64,000 nucleotides of DNA from Bdellovibrio sp. (GCA_036677065.1 JAKFBS010000001.1:192001-256000); one strand, 5' to 3'. Counted from the stretch's first letter, positions 10,676 to 21,136 are shown. Made by a program: numbers and translations. Notes: generated by a model not told the origin, from the sequence alone.

Positions 10676-11885
10676 TTTACTATGCTTTGCAATTTTAGTT
10701 TTAGCTTCACACTCGGCGTCTGCGGCTTATAAATACGATTTACGCTGCGAGAATAAAAAAATGGTTTGGATGAACACCGAAGAAAAGCCACCACCAAGTC
10801 AAGAGTGCGCAACTTTTAAAAAACTTGGTTTTGCAAAATGCTACGACACGAAAAAAGCTTCCAGTTCGTCAGAGACAATGACCATTTCAACACCGAACGA
10901 TCAGTACTATAAAAGTAAAGAATCTAATAATTACGATCGCAAAGCGATTCAAGACGTTATTCGGTCTGCAGTGATATCAGGAAATGATCCGTACTTGGCT
11001 TTGTCGTTAGTAGTGATCGAAAATCCACCCCTGGTAGACAGCTATAATGACGATCTTTATTCAATGTTTTACGGGCATATCCCTATCGATAAAGTGGGTA
11101 TAGCTGATGTTTTTAATTGTGATGCCCAACAAGTGACTTATAATTCGAAAAAAAGCGCTAAAACATATATGAATAAAGGCCAAGTTCGCGAATTTAACGT
11201 TGATCCCCGCGAGTCACAAAAAATTATTTGCTTAGATCCTGGCGTAAAAGCTGGAAGCGCTCCCTCATTTGGAATTTTCAAAACAGCGGACGATAAACAT
11301 TGCTGCGCTAAAATGCGAATTAAAATGGGTTTACAATACGTAGACGATAATGATGCAAAAAGATTAAGATCTTACTTGGCAAATCAATATATTGAAAAAC
11401 GTTTTGCTTATGGCGTGAAACGCGCAAGCCAAATGGATACACCAGCCGAAAAAATGGCGACGATCGCACAAGCTTATAACGGTTATGGAACTTTCGGCGC
11501 ATCAGAAAAAATGAAGAACAGCTGTTTAAGCAAAGTCGATATGGGAAGAACTCCGGTCTACGGCGCAGGAGTTTCAGAAACGATGTTAAATTCATTGATG
11601 AACAATTCTGAAATTAAAAAAATGATCAACGATGCCACGCGCTCAGCCGGGCAAAAGCCAAGTTCGTATTTATGTCAGGCTTACGGAGATGGAGATCATA
11701 AAATTTCTGGAAACGCTTATACGGGATTACTAAAAAGATATATTGGATCGAAAGCTCACTGCCCTCGCCTTACCTATGCGATGAAGGGTGCTGCGAGAGT
11801 TGAACAAGCATCGGCATCTGGTGGATCAGGGTCTGGAAATAAGAGCGGATCTGGGAAAGCAAAAAAATCTGGATCAGCGAATTAG
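10662..11885 (+). CDS. Secreted Cys-rich protein with lysozyme/SLT-like motifs
   Basis: Signal peptide; DPYLALSLVVIEN (putative catalytic Glu) and AQAYNGYG resemble lytic transglycosylase motifs I and III. Confidence 0.55.
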   Translation: MKLSNLLCFAILVLASHSASAAYKYDLRCENKKMVWMNTEEKPPPSQECATFKKLGFAKCYDTKKASSSSETMTISTPNDQYYKSKESNNYDRKAIQDVIRSAVISGNDPYLALSLVVIENPPLVDSYNDDLYSMFYGHIPIDKVGIADVFNCDAQQVTYNSKKSAKTYMNKGQVREFNVDPRESQKIICLDPGVKAGSAPSFGIFKTADDKHCCAKMRIKMGLQYVDDNDAKRLRSYLANQYIEKRFAYGVKRASQMDTPAEKMATIAQAYNGYGTFGASEKMKNSCLSKVDMGRTPVYGAGVSETMLNSLMNNSEIKKMINDATRSAGQKPSSYLCQAYGDGDHKISGNAYTGLLKRYIGSKAHCPRLTYAMKGAARVEQASASGGSGSGNKSGSGKAKKSGSAN

Positions 11886-11926
11886 CATTTTTATGATTGT
11901 GTCAGCTGAGCGGAGCTGAAACTTAA

Positions 11927-12016
11927 TGGCGGAAAGTGAGGGATTCGAACCCTCGAGCCCCGCGAAGGGCTGCCAGTTTTCAAGACTGGTGTATTCAACC
12001 GCTCTACCAACTTTCC
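11927..12016 (-). tRNA. tRNA-Ser (anticodon TGA)
   Basis: GGAAAGT...ACTTTCC-G-CCA acceptor, CCAGT-CTTGAAA-ACTGG anticodon arm, long variable arm, GGTTCGAATCC T-loop. Confidence 0.96.
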
Positions 12017-12138
12017 GTCGACTGTTTTATAAAAAATGAGCCTTCGGTTCAATGAGTTTTTCGCAAAACGGCATTTCGATGCGCCGCGCACAAAGTTGGA
12101 TTTGCTACTTAAAGCGACAGCAATGTTAGATTCAGAGT

Positions 12139-13434
12139 TTAGCGAATCTCGGTTTTGTTACCCATGTACGGGCGTAAAGCCTTCGGAATTTCGATAGAAC
12201 CGTCTTCGCGCTGATAGTTTTCCATAATCGCGATTAAAGTTCTGCCAACGGCCAATCCTGAACCATTCAACGTGTGTACAAACTGAGGTTTGCCACCATC
12301 TTTGGGTTTAAAGCGGATATTTGCACGGCGGGCCTGAAAGTCTTCAAAATTTGAGCATGAGCTGATTTCACGGTACGTGTTTTGGCCGGGTAACCAAACA
12401 TTTAAATCGTAAGTTTTAGCTGATCCAAAACCCATATCACCTGTGCATAATAAAACTTTTTGGTAAGAAAGCTCTAAACTAGTTAAAACTTTTTCAGCGT
12501 GTGACGTTAATTGTTCATGCACTTCATGAGATTTAGTCGGATGGCAGAAAGTCATTAATTCAACTTTATTGAATTGATGTTGGCGAATTAAACCTTTGGT
12601 GTCTTTGCCAGCACTACCAGCTTCAGATCTAAAACATGGAGAATACGCACAAAAAGATTGGGGTAATTGCTCTTCAGTTAAAGTTTCGTTGTTGTAGTAA
12701 TTCGTGACCGGAACTTCAGAAGTTGGAATCAAACAGTAGTCAGTGCCTTCTAGTCTAAATACATCTTCTTTAAATTTCGGAAACTGTCCTGTACCCACAA
12801 AACTATTGCTGTTGGCCATAAATGGCGGAATCATTTCAGTGTAACCATGCTGAGTAGAATGCAGATCCATCATAAATTGCATTAAAGCGCGCTCCATTTG
12901 AGCTGCTCCACCTTTTAAAAAGGTAAAACGGGCGCCAGTCACTTTGGCTGCGCGTTCGAAATCTAAAATATTTAATTTTTCACCAAGCTCGATATGTTCT
13001 TTAGCTTTAAAAGAAAATTTCTTCGCTTCGCCCACAGTAGAAACGATTTTATTATCGTGTTCAGATTTTCCAACCGGAACAGATGAATGTGGTTTATTCG
13101 GGATTGTTAATAATAAATTATAAACTTCTAAATCTTTTTCAGCGGCTTGAGTTTCAAGTTCTTTGACTCGGACTTTTAATTGATCGACTTGTGAAAGGAT
13201 GTGCGAAGCATCTTTACCCTCACGTTTTAACTGGCCGACTTCTGCGCTTAATTTATTTTGCCCGGCTTTTTCTGTTTCAGCCTGGTTGATCATTTCTTTG
13301 CGAGTGATGTTCGCTTTCATGATCTGTTCAAGAATTTCGGTCGAAGCCCCGCGATTAATTAGACCTTGCTTGTAGTCGTCGTAGTATGAAGTTCCGTTTT
13401 CAGCTTTTTTTTCTAAGAGCTTAATATCAATCAC
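12139..13434 (-). CDS. serS: Serine--tRNA ligase
   Basis: [37 protein letters not shown]. Confidence 0.98.
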   Translation of the reverse strand: MIDIKLLEKKAENGTSYYDDYKQGLINRGASTEILEQIMKANITRKEMINQAETEKAGQNKLSAEVGQLKREGKDASHILSQVDQLKVRVKELETQAAEKDLEVYNLLLTIPNKPHSSVPVGKSEHDNKIVSTVGEAKKFSFKAKEHIELGEKLNILDFERAAKVTGARFTFLKGGAAQMERALMQFMMDLHSTQHGYTEMIPPFMANSNSFVGTGQFPKFKEDVFRLEGTDYCLIPTSEVPVTNYYNNETLTEEQLPQSFCAYSPCFRSEAGSAGKDTKGLIRQHQFNKVELMTFCHPTKSHEVHEQLTSHAEKVLTSLELSYQKVLLCTGDMGFGSAKTYDLNVWLPGQNTYREISSCSNFEDFQARRANIRFKPKDGGKPQFVHTLNGSGLAVGRTLIAIMENYQREDGSIEIPKALRPYMGNKTEIR

Positions 13435-13477
13435 AAAAAATCCTAACTTATCTGTTGTTTGCGTGCTTTCAGCACGA

Positions 13478-13786
13478 CTATGGCGCCATCTTTATATACA
13501 TCGTTAAGATCTGACCGATCAAGTAACAGATAAGGTCAAAAATAAGAATGTGAATCATTGTCAGGCGGCTTAAGCCTTTATAAATTGCTGCAGTGAATAC
13601 CAAAGTCAAAAACAACAGCATAAAAGTGCCAGACTGGGTAAGTTCTTGAATAACAAGCGACACGACAAGACCGATAAAAAATCCGGAAGCTAAGCGTAAC
13701 AATGAGTGGGCTAAGCCGTGAGAGGCATTTTTAGCACCAACCTGTAGATCATTTGAAAAGCCTTTGAATTTTTCTCCGATAGTCAT
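13478..13786 (-). CDS. Small membrane protein (about 3 TM)
   Basis: Hydrophobic 102 aa ORF, co-oriented between the TPR gene and serS. Confidence 0.7.
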   Translation of the reverse strand: MTIGEKFKGFSNDLQVGAKNASHGLAHSLLRLASGFFIGLVVSLVIQELTQSGTFMLLFLTLVFTAAIYKGLSRLTMIHILIFDLICYLIGQILTMYIKMAP

Positions 13787-13791
13787 CTTTG

Positions 13792-16743
13792 CTATCCTCC
13801 TAATGAAGATATTTTATCTTCAATTTGTTTTCTGTCCAGCGCATTTGGTGAAAGTTCAATGTAAAGTCGAAACAATTCGCGGGCAGACTTACGATCACCC
13901 TGGGCTTCCATAATATAGGCTCTTTCGCGGTAAAGGGGCGCAAAGCCACTTTCTTTTTGCCGCGCGATCTCTAACATATCTAAAGCGATATCCGTGGCAT
14001 CACTTTTACGGTAACAATTGGCCGCTTTAACATAAAGATCTGCGGAAGTCGGGCGAAGCTTAATGCCTTGCGAATATTCAGCAGCACATTCTTTAAATTG
14101 CTCTTTAGCGTTGTAAACCGTAGCCGCTAATAAATAAGGATCAGCAATGCCAGGGTTTTTTGTTTTTTCGTCTTTAATCATTTCAAGGGCTTTATCAAAT
14201 TCACCTAATTCAAAATGACAGCGCGCCAAAAAGTAAGAAATTCTTGGGTAGCTTGGATTAACCCGTTTAACCATTTCAAACTTTTTATAAGCACTTTGAA
14301 TAACTGCATTAGCATCTTTACTGCCAGGATTTTCTAATTCTAGCTGGGCGGTAGCAAATAAGGGTTCGACATCAGATGGATCAAGCACCGCTGCATCCAT
14401 ATAATATTTCTGCGCGACTTTAATTTCGTTCATGTATTGATTGCTGCGCGCTAAGCCCATTAAAGCTTTTTTATTTTTTGGATCAGTTTCAACAATTTGG
14501 GCATAAATTTCAGAAGCTGATCTGTATTTTTCTTGCAGCTCATAAAAATCAGCTAAACCTAAGCGGTAATCAATCGTGTAAGGAAAAGTTTCAATTAATT
14601 TTTTAAAATTAGTTTCGGCCGCAATGTTGCCTTGTTTTGCATAGAGGTATTTTGAATATGTAATTTGCGCTTCTGGTTTGCCCGGCTCAAGATCCACGGC
14701 TTTGCTAGAGTATTTCTGTGCGTCTTCTAAATACTTGGCTTTGCGGTTTTCTTCTTCTTTTGTACGAGACGGCGAGTTTAAAAATAAATTGATATTTGCA
14801 TTCGCGATTAAACTTAACAGCTCGACATCGGCATCATACATTTTAATCGCTTTTTCGCCATAAGTGATAGCAGTGTTCATGCTGTTTTTACGAAACTCAA
14901 CAAGCGCCTGAGTTTTAACAACGTCAAAATTGACGCCACCGGCGCGCAGTGAATCTTGCAATGTTTTAAAAGCTTCGCCGAAAGAATATTTTTGTGACAG
15001 ATAATCTGCTTTTAGGGCATAGGCTTGTGAAAGTTTTGGATCAGCTTTGATCGCTCGATCAACCCAAGTTAAGGCTTCACGTGATTGATTGATTGCCCAT
15101 AAACTTTTTGCGGCTTTTAAAGCGGGCTCGGCATTTGTTTTATCAAATTCAAAAGCGGCTTTAAACTGGGCTTGCGCCGCTAAGTGATCACCAGATCTGG
15201 CAAACTGATCACCTAAAAAAACTAATTCGGCAGATTGATTGTTTCCACGATCTTCTCCGCCAAGTGACATGACAAGTTCTTTAATGGCGCGGTGACTCGG
15301 ACTAATCGTTAAGGCAAATTGGCCGACATCAAGGGCTTTAGAATTGTCTTTGCGAGAAATTAATAACTGAATATATTCTTGAAGCGCATCCATATGAAAA
15401 CCTTTGGGTAGTTTTCCGTCGATGGCGTAGGCCTGGCTAAAATAATTTAGAGCTTTCTCTATGCCTGAATTTTTTAATTCAACTAAACCCATGCCGTAAA
15501 GAGCCCCTTTGTATTCAGGGTAATCACGTAGAATATTTGTGTAAGAATCTTTGGCTTCATTGTATTTACCTTGTTTGTAATACGATCTGGCCAAAGCAAA
15601 CTGCGCCCACGCCCAGCCTGGAAACGATTTCACTGCTTCAACGTAATAGGCTTCAGCGCTGATATGGTTTTGCATATCTTCTAAAATTTGCCCTTTAATT
15701 AAATACAAAAATGGAAATAAAATAAAACGTTCACCGCTTTGTTGATCTAAAGTTTTTTCAATCAAGCCGCGTGCATCGCGGGGTTGGCCTTTGGCTAACA
15801 GGTAAACTGACTGGCAAGTGTCTGAATAATTTGAGATTGGATTAATCGTACGGCTCATCTGAGTCACGATTGTGATGGCCTTAAGATCATTTGAGTTTTG
15901 CTTGGTGTAAGGCCAAAGCTGTTCGTACACCACACAAAGCAGTCCTAAAAGTTCTAAATCATTGGGTGCATTTTCAGAAGCTTGCGCTAAAAATTTTTGT
16001 GAATCGCGTGTATTTTCTAACGAACCGCTTTTGATCATAGCGATCGCGCGTGTTTTTAAAATACGAACTTCATTTTCAGTTAATTTTTTTTCAGCCCCGC
16101 GAATTGGGGCAATAAGCACCCAGCCACTTGTTTTTTTCGCAGACGGCGAAAGGACAAAATACAAACCAACAATGACGGCAAGAATTAATGCAACAAACGG
16201 GTAAAACTTTTTTGATTCACGCGCCTGGATATTTTTTAACTGCTGCATTTCGATCGTTAGCTGCTCATCGCGTGCTTGTAACAGCGCATTTTGGTCAGTG
16301 CCACGGGCCGGTAATTGCGATGCCCGCGCTGATTGGCCGGCGGTAGGAATCATCGAAGAAGTGGGTTTTTTTAATTCTTCCTGAACGAGCTGTTTAATTT
16401 CATCTTTAAATTCTGGAGCAGCCTCAACATCTTCAGGCGTTTCATCTGTAGGAGCTATTACTGGTGCGGATTGAATTTGGGTTTCAGCGTCCATCTTCAG
16501 AGCTTTTTTCTCGTCTCGCTCTGTGGGATTTTCTAAAGATTCTAAAAGGGCTTCATAGAATTCGTGGACCTTTGAAAGTGGGCGCCACTCAGCACTTGGA
16601 TGTTGCGCAACTTCTTCTTGGCCACTTAAGATACCTTCAACAATCATCTTACTGATAGACTCGCTTGGAAATGGCCCTTTGATTTGGCCATTCTCCATTT
16701 TGACTCTCCACTGATCGTTAAAATTAACTCGTTTTCCCATCAT
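13792..16743 (-). CDS. Large membrane-anchored TPR protein with an N-terminal GYF_2-like domain
   Basis: N-terminal W...GPF...W.PL motif, one TM, many TPR helices; start placed at MMGKRV. Confidence 0.8.
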   Translation of the reverse strand: MMGKRVNFNDQWRVKMENGQIKGPFPSESISKMIVEGILSGQEEVAQHPSAEWRPLSKVHEFYEALLESLENPTERDEKKALKMDAETQIQSAPVIAPTDETPEDVEAAPEFKDEIKQLVQEELKKPTSSMIPTAGQSARASQLPARGTDQNALLQARDEQLTIEMQQLKNIQARESKKFYPFVALILAVIVGLYFVLSPSAKKTSGWVLIAPIRGAEKKLTENEVRILKTRAIAMIKSGSLENTRDSQKFLAQASENAPNDLELLGLLCVVYEQLWPYTKQNSNDLKAITIVTQMSRTINPISNYSDTCQSVYLLAKGQPRDARGLIEKTLDQQSGERFILFPFLYLIKGQILEDMQNHISAEAYYVEAVKSFPGWAWAQFALARSYYKQGKYNEAKDSYTNILRDYPEYKGALYGMGLVELKNSGIEKALNYFSQAYAIDGKLPKGFHMDALQEYIQLLISRKDNSKALDVGQFALTISPSHRAIKELVMSLGGEDRGNNQSAELVFLGDQFARSGDHLAAQAQFKAAFEFDKTNAEPALKAAKSLWAINQSREALTWVDRAIKADPKLSQAYALKADYLSQKYSFGEAFKTLQDSLRAGGVNFDVVKTQALVEFRKNSMNTAITYGEKAIKMYDADVELLSLIANANINLFLNSPSRTKEEENRKAKYLEDAQKYSSKAVDLEPGKPEAQITYSKYLYAKQGNIAAETNFKKLIETFPYTIDYRLGLADFYELQEKYRSASEIYAQIVETDPKNKKALMGLARSNQYMNEIKVAQKYYMDAAVLDPSDVEPLFATAQLELENPGSKDANAVIQSAYKKFEMVKRVNPSYPRISYFLARCHFELGEFDKALEMIKDEKTKNPGIADPYLLAATVYNAKEQFKECAAEYSQGIKLRPTSADLYVKAANCYRKSDATDIALDMLEIARQKESGFAPLYRERAYIMEAQGDRKSARELFRLYIELSPNALDRKQIEDKISSLGG

Positions 16744-16813
16744 ATCTATTATGAAATGGAAATGCTTGCGTGACAGCTGAATGATAAAAATTCGGACCCA
16801 ACTTATGACCAAA

Positions 16814-16852
16814 GTCCGATGTTGGAACCAGCTATCAGTTCCAACTTGGAAC
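16814..16852. promoter_or_regulatory. Tandem palindromic sites, candidate enhancer (bEBP UAS)
   Basis: Perfect GTTCCAA-C-TTGGAAC at 16838-16852 and degenerate GTCCGAT-G-TTGGAAC at 16814-16828, 60-100 bp upstream of a sigma54 motif. Confidence 0.5.
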
Positions 16853-16910
16853 CGCTTGATTTCATTATGTAATTCAAAGCCGCTTTAGAGGCACTAGGTC
16901 GGCGAGTAAT

Positions 16911-16926
16911 TGGCATTGCAGTTGCT
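16911..16926 (+). promoter_or_regulatory. Sigma54 (-24/-12) promoter
   Basis: TGGCATTGCAGTTGCT with exact GG-N10-GC spacing. Confidence 0.75.
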
Positions 16927-16939
16927 ATAAGAAACTCAC

Positions 16940-17086
16940 ATGAAATGGGTTGCAGTTGCATACATCATCGCAGTTTTGGTGATCTCAGCGAAAGCTAAGG
17001 CCATCAGCGACGAAAAAGTAGTAAACTCAAACGTGTTTCAGACAACAGATTTTGTTTTAGATTACCAAGCGAAGATCTCTGAATAA
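16940..17086 (+). CDS. Small (48 aa) putative secreted peptide, near-leaderless; not in the ORF track
   Basis: MKWVAVAYIIAVLVISAKAKAISDEKVVNSNVFQTTDFVLDYQAKISE; ATG about 3 nt after the predicted sigma54 TSS; AKA cleavage site. Confidence 0.6.
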   Translation: MKWVAVAYIIAVLVISAKAKAISDEKVVNSNVFQTTDFVLDYQAKISE

Positions 17087-17090
17087 CTAA

Positions 17091-17249
17091 TTCAGGATCC
17101 CCTCCCAGAACAAGCCTCAGAGCTTTGTTTGGTAAATGTAGATTTGAATTTCAAAATCATACCGGTAACGGTAGCGGTTTTTAAAAGGCTTGATTGTGGC
17201 CCCTCCTCGATCAGGCCTTAATTTTTTCTCCTTTCGGAGAATTTTTTTT
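17091..17249 (+). ncRNA. Candidate structured sRNA/3'UTR with two CCCCUCC loops
   Basis: Hairpins at 17091-17110, 17161-17172 (GTAA tetraloop) and 17185-17219 (12-bp stem with G-U pairs), then a plus-strand terminator. Confidence 0.45.
17226..17249 (+). terminator. Rho-independent terminator (plus strand only)
   Basis: ttctcc-tttc-ggagaa followed by T8. Confidence 0.7.
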
Positions 17250-17272
17250 AAACAATCAATTAAATTTTAAAA

Positions 17273-18526
17273 CTAAGGAACGCGTTTAATTTTTGCGCCT
17301 AAAGCTGAAAGTTTACCTTCTAAATTTTCATAGCCGCGATCTAAGTGATAAATGCGTCCTACTAAAGTTTCACCCGAAGCAACTAAGCCGGCTAATACTA
17401 AACTTGCAGAGGCTCTTAGATCTGTTGCCATAACTGGAGCTCCTGATAAGCCGCCAGGTTTACCGCGTACGACAGCCACTTGAGTTTTAGGAGTAATGTC
17501 TGCACCTAAACGCATTAATTCATTCACATGCATGAAGCGATTTTCAAACACGGTTTCTGTGATCACACTTGTTCCATGTGCCACTGTCATCAAAGCCATA
17601 AACTGTGCTTGTAGATCTGTTGCGAATAACGGATGCGGAGCCGTTGTGATATCTACAGCTTCCCATTTGTCTTGTGGTAAAACGCGAACTGAATCTTTTG
17701 TGGTTTCTATTTTGAAACCTGCTTCTTTCATTTTGTTGATCAGTGCTTCTAGATCGTGTGGGTTACATTTTTCGACAAGAACATTACCTTTTGTAATTGC
17801 ACCCGCGATCATTAATGTTCCGGCCTCGATACGATCAGGCATAATGGCGTGACGAGCAGGAGTTAATTTAGCAACTCCTTCAATTCTCATTACACTTGTT
17901 CCGTGCCCAGTAATTTTTGCGCCCATTTTATTAAGATAGTTTCCTAAATCAACAATCTCAGGTTCTTTGGCGGCATTTTCGATGATCGTAATACCTTCAG
18001 CAAGAGTTGCTGCCATCATTAAATTTTCAGTACCACCGACAGTTGTTTTTTCAAACAATACGGTAGCACCTTGAAGTTTTTTACATTTTGCCAAGACGTA
18101 ACCGTCTTTTAATTCAATCTCTGCACCAAGAGCTTTCATAGCATCTAAGTGAAGATCAATCGGACGAGTTCCGATGGCACAACCACCTGGAAGTGAAACT
18201 ACAGCTTCGCCGTATTTTGCTAGGATTGGACCTAAGCAAAGAATACTTGCGCGCATTTTTCTGACCAGATCGTAATGCGCTTCAAAAGTTTTTAATTTTG
18301 TAACGTTAACACGAAATGTGTGACCATCACGTTTTGATTCACAACCTAAACTTTGTAAAAGCTCTGCTGTTGATTCGATATCTTTAAGAAGTGGAACATT
18401 ATCAAATGTGTGTTCGCCTTCAGCTAAAAGTGTAGAAAATAAAATTGGAAGGGCTGCATTTTTTGCGCCGCTGACGCTGACTGAACCATTTAGTGAAGCG
18501 CCGCCGGTGACTAACATTTTATCCAT
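17273..18526 (-). CDS. murA: UDP-N-acetylglucosamine 1-carboxyvinyltransferase
   Basis: GAKNAALP, LPGGCAIGTRPIDLH, ENRFMH, DLRAS. Confidence 0.98.
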   Translation of the reverse strand: MDKMLVTGGASLNGSVSVSGAKNAALPILFSTLLAEGEHTFDNVPLLKDIESTAELLQSLGCESKRDGHTFRVNVTKLKTFEAHYDLVRKMRASILCLGPILAKYGEAVVSLPGGCAIGTRPIDLHLDAMKALGAEIELKDGYVLAKCKKLQGATVLFEKTTVGGTENLMMAATLAEGITIIENAAKEPEIVDLGNYLNKMGAKITGHGTSVMRIEGVAKLTPARHAIMPDRIEAGTLMIAGAITKGNVLVEKCNPHDLEALINKMKEAGFKIETTKDSVRVLPQDKWEAVDITTAPHPLFATDLQAQFMALMTVAHGTSVITETVFENRFMHVNELMRLGADITPKTQVAVVRGKPGGLSGAPVMATDLRASASLVLAGLVASGETLVGRIYHLDRGYENLEGKLSALGAKIKRVP

Positions 18527-18552
18527 AGAAATATCCGTTCTTTAAAGGGATA

Positions 18553-19407
18553 TTATGCTCTGGCTTTGATGATTCGATCAAGTCCTGACAAGTCTTTTAA
18601 AACTGTAACTTCTTTAAATTTCGGAATGTCGGCAAAGTGCTTTTTCATGATTGCCCCTTGAGTATGGCCCATTTCAAAAAGCATTAGACCTTCGGCCTTT
18701 AAGCAGGGGGCAAATTTAGTCGACCAAGTTTTTAGGGCGTACAAACCAGCGTCATCAGCAAATAATGCTAAGCTTGGTTCATATTTGCGAACGTTAGCCT
18801 CAACTTGCGTGTCGCTCACATCAATATATGGCGGGTTTGAAACGATATAATCAAATTCACCCAAGTCTGAAAGATTTAAACTTTCAACATCAGCATGGAT
18901 GGCTTCAGTACGTTCGCCTAATTCAAGAGATTCGATGTTTTCTTTTACTAAAGCAAAGGCTTCGGCTGATTTTTCAACGGTAATTAGTTTGGCTAAAGGC
19001 ATGTGCTTTAAAATAGATAAGCCAATGCAACCTGTACCAGCACCTAGATCTAAAATACGAACATGGTCTTTGGGGTATTTTTTAAAATCGGCTAAAACGT
19101 CATCAACGATCATTTCGGTTTCGGGGCGCGGAATTAAAACACCAGGCTTAACTTTGAACAAGTGCCCGTAAAACCCTTTTTCTTCAATGATATAAGCCAC
19201 GGGTTCGCCAGCAGTTCTACGCTTAACAAATTCGCGGCAAAGATTAACTTCAGCATCAGTTAACGGAGAATCAAATTTTACATATAATTGAATGCGCGGA
19301 ATTTTAAGTGCGTGTGCAATTAAAAGTTCAGCATCTAAACGAGGCGTATCGAAATTTTTATCTTTGAAGAACTGAATTGTTTTAGAAAGGACTTCATTCA
19401 GTTTCAT
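18553..19407 (-). CDS. prmC: Release factor glutamine methyltransferase
   Basis: LIPRPETE, DLGAGTG, SNPPY; follows prfA. Confidence 0.95.
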   Translation of the reverse strand: MKLNEVLSKTIQFFKDKNFDTPRLDAELLIAHALKIPRIQLYVKFDSPLTDAEVNLCREFVKRRTAGEPVAYIIEEKGFYGHLFKVKPGVLIPRPETEMIVDDVLADFKKYPKDHVRILDLGAGTGCIGLSILKHMPLAKLITVEKSAEAFALVKENIESLELGERTEAIHADVESLNLSDLGEFDYIVSNPPYIDVSDTQVEANVRKYEPSLALFADDAGLYALKTWSTKFAPCLKAEGLMLFEMGHTQGAIMKKHFADIPKFKEVTVLKDLSGLDRIIKARA

Positions 19408-19419
19408 GTGCACTCGCTA

Positions 19420-20499
19420 TTAGTAAGCGTTTGAAGCCTGTTTTTTTAGTTGCTCAGCCTGGAAGTATGTATTTATTGGATCAATTAATATTTCAAATTT
19501 TCCGCCCATGACCTGGTCTAACTGGTGAATTGTAAGTCCAATGCGGTGATCAGTGATACGAGTTTGTGGGAAGTTGTAAGTGCGAATACGTTCTGAACGG
19601 TCACCGGTTCCGATTTGATCTAAACGTTGGTCAGAAGCTTCTTTCATACGTTTGTCGTCTTCGATTTGCTGCAATTTTGCAGCTAAAATTTGAAGGGCTC
19701 GGTCTCTATTGCTATGCTGAGACTTACCCTCTTGGCATTTAACTTCGATTCCAGTTGGTAAATGGACGACACGAACAGCTGATTCTGTTCTGTTCACGGA
19801 CTGTCCACCAGCGCCTTGCGAACGCATAGTTTCAAAATGAAGATCACTTTGATTAAGTTTAATATCTTTAATTTCAACTTCAGGAATAACGGCAACAGTT
19901 ACTGTTGAAGTATGAATACGGCCCGCAGCTTCAGTTTTAGGAACACGTTGTACGCGGTGAACGCCTGATTCGTATTTCATTTTTGAAAATACAGACTCGC
20001 CAGAAATAGAAATAATAACCTCTTTGGCTCCACCAACATTACCTTCTGAGTAAGAAACCATTTCGGCTTTCCATCCCATAGTACCAGCGTAGTAAGCGTA
20101 AGCGCGGAATAATTCATCTGCAAAAAGTGAAGCTTCATCGCCACCGGCACCGGCGCGAATCTCTAAAAGAATATTTTTATCATCGTTAGGATCTTTTGGA
20201 AGTAACGCTAATTTTAATTTTTCTTCGATTTGCGGAATTGATTCTTCAAGTTCTTTAACTTCTTCACGAATCATTTCGCGCATTTCAGAATCTTGTTCAG
20301 CCGTTAGAAGTTCTTTGCTTGCTTTAAGAGCGACAGTTTTCTTTTTGTAATCACGGTACAGAACCACGATTTTTTCTAGTTCAGAAAGTTCTTTCATTAA
20401 CGAGAGATATTTTTTCTGGTCAGACGCAATATCAGGACGCTGAAGTGACATGTTCACTTCTTCATATCTTGATTCTACTGAGTCTAATTTTGAAAACAT
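19420..20499 (-). CDS. prfA: Peptide chain release factor 1
   Basis: GGQ, PKT recognition tripeptide, [10 protein letters not shown]. Confidence 0.97.
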   Translation of the reverse strand: MFSKLDSVESRYEEVNMSLQRPDIASDQKKYLSLMKELSELEKIVVLYRDYKKKTVALKASKELLTAEQDSEMREMIREEVKELEESIPQIEEKLKLALLPKDPNDDKNILLEIRAGAGGDEASLFADELFRAYAYYAGTMGWKAEMVSYSEGNVGGAKEVIISISGESVFSKMKYESGVHRVQRVPKTEAAGRIHTSTVTVAVIPEVEIKDIKLNQSDLHFETMRSQGAGGQSVNRTESAVRVVHLPTGIEVKCQEGKSQHSNRDRALQILAAKLQQIEDDKRMKEASDQRLDQIGTGDRSERIRTYNFPQTRITDHRIGLTIHQLDQVMGGKFEILIDPINTYFQAEQLKKQASNAY

Positions 20500-20531
20500 T
20501 TGTAAGCTCCGTGATGAAATGCTGGAAAAAC

Positions 20532-20556
20532 AAAAAGCGGCTGTGTAGCCGCTTTT
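20532..20556 (-). terminator. Terminator after rpmE
   Basis: aaaagcggct-gtgt-agccgctttt. Confidence 0.75.
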
Positions 20557-20580
20557 ATAAATAAATAACCTTGCGAGAAT

Positions 20581-20838
20581 CTATTTTGCAGCTTTTTTGT
20601 CGCCGAATTTTTTCTTGAAACGGTCGATACGGCCTTCAGTATCTAAGATACGTTGTTTGCCAGTGTAAAATGGGTGAGAAGCTGAAGAGATCTCAACTTT
20701 GATTAGTGGATAATCTTTGCCGTCAGTCCATTTAGTAGTTTCTTTAGAATCTAGTGTTGTTGTTCCTAAAAATGAGAAATCACAAGAGATGTCTTTGAAT
20801 ACAACAGTTCTAGTTTTTGGATGTAATGCTTCTTTCAT
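20581..20838 (-). CDS. rpmE: 50S ribosomal protein L31, type B (zinc-independent)
   Basis: MKEALHP...[15 protein letters not shown]; no CxC/CxxC; GAGG SD before ATG 20838. Confidence 0.95.
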   Translation of the reverse strand: MKEALHPKTRTVVFKDISCDFSFLGTTTLDSKETTKWTDGKDYPLIKVEISSASHPFYTGKQRILDTEGRIDRFKKKFGDKKAAK

Positions 20839-21136
20839 ATCGTCCTCTGCCTTTAATTCGTAAATTCGAGAACCTAGGTGATAGCATAAAAAATGGCCCA
20901 GGCTCAAGCGGAAAACCGCGTTATTTTCAGGGGTTGCTGATGAACGACCTCATCTGAAAGAAGTCGGCAGCTTGAAAAGGGCGATTTTTAGGCTAATCTT
21001 TATCTAAGGTGTAGTTCTATAAGTATTTGAAATTATTAGACATTAACGCAACAAAATAAAATCAAACCGTAACCCCTACGGTAAGGTTCGATTTTAACCG
21101 ACATAGAAGCTAACAGACTTATGTCGGGGTAGATTT

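Noticed and set aside
1..11927. Integrative element at tRNA-Ser
   Set aside because: No integrase, no duplicated tRNA 3' end and no phage or IS genes were seen; it is only a variable region
11891..12091. 66-aa ORF
   Set aside because: It reads through the tRNA-Ser gene
16940..17249. c-di-GMP-I riboswitch / merRNA
   Set aside because: The GEMM consensus could not be recognised by eye; an Infernal search is needed to exclude it fully
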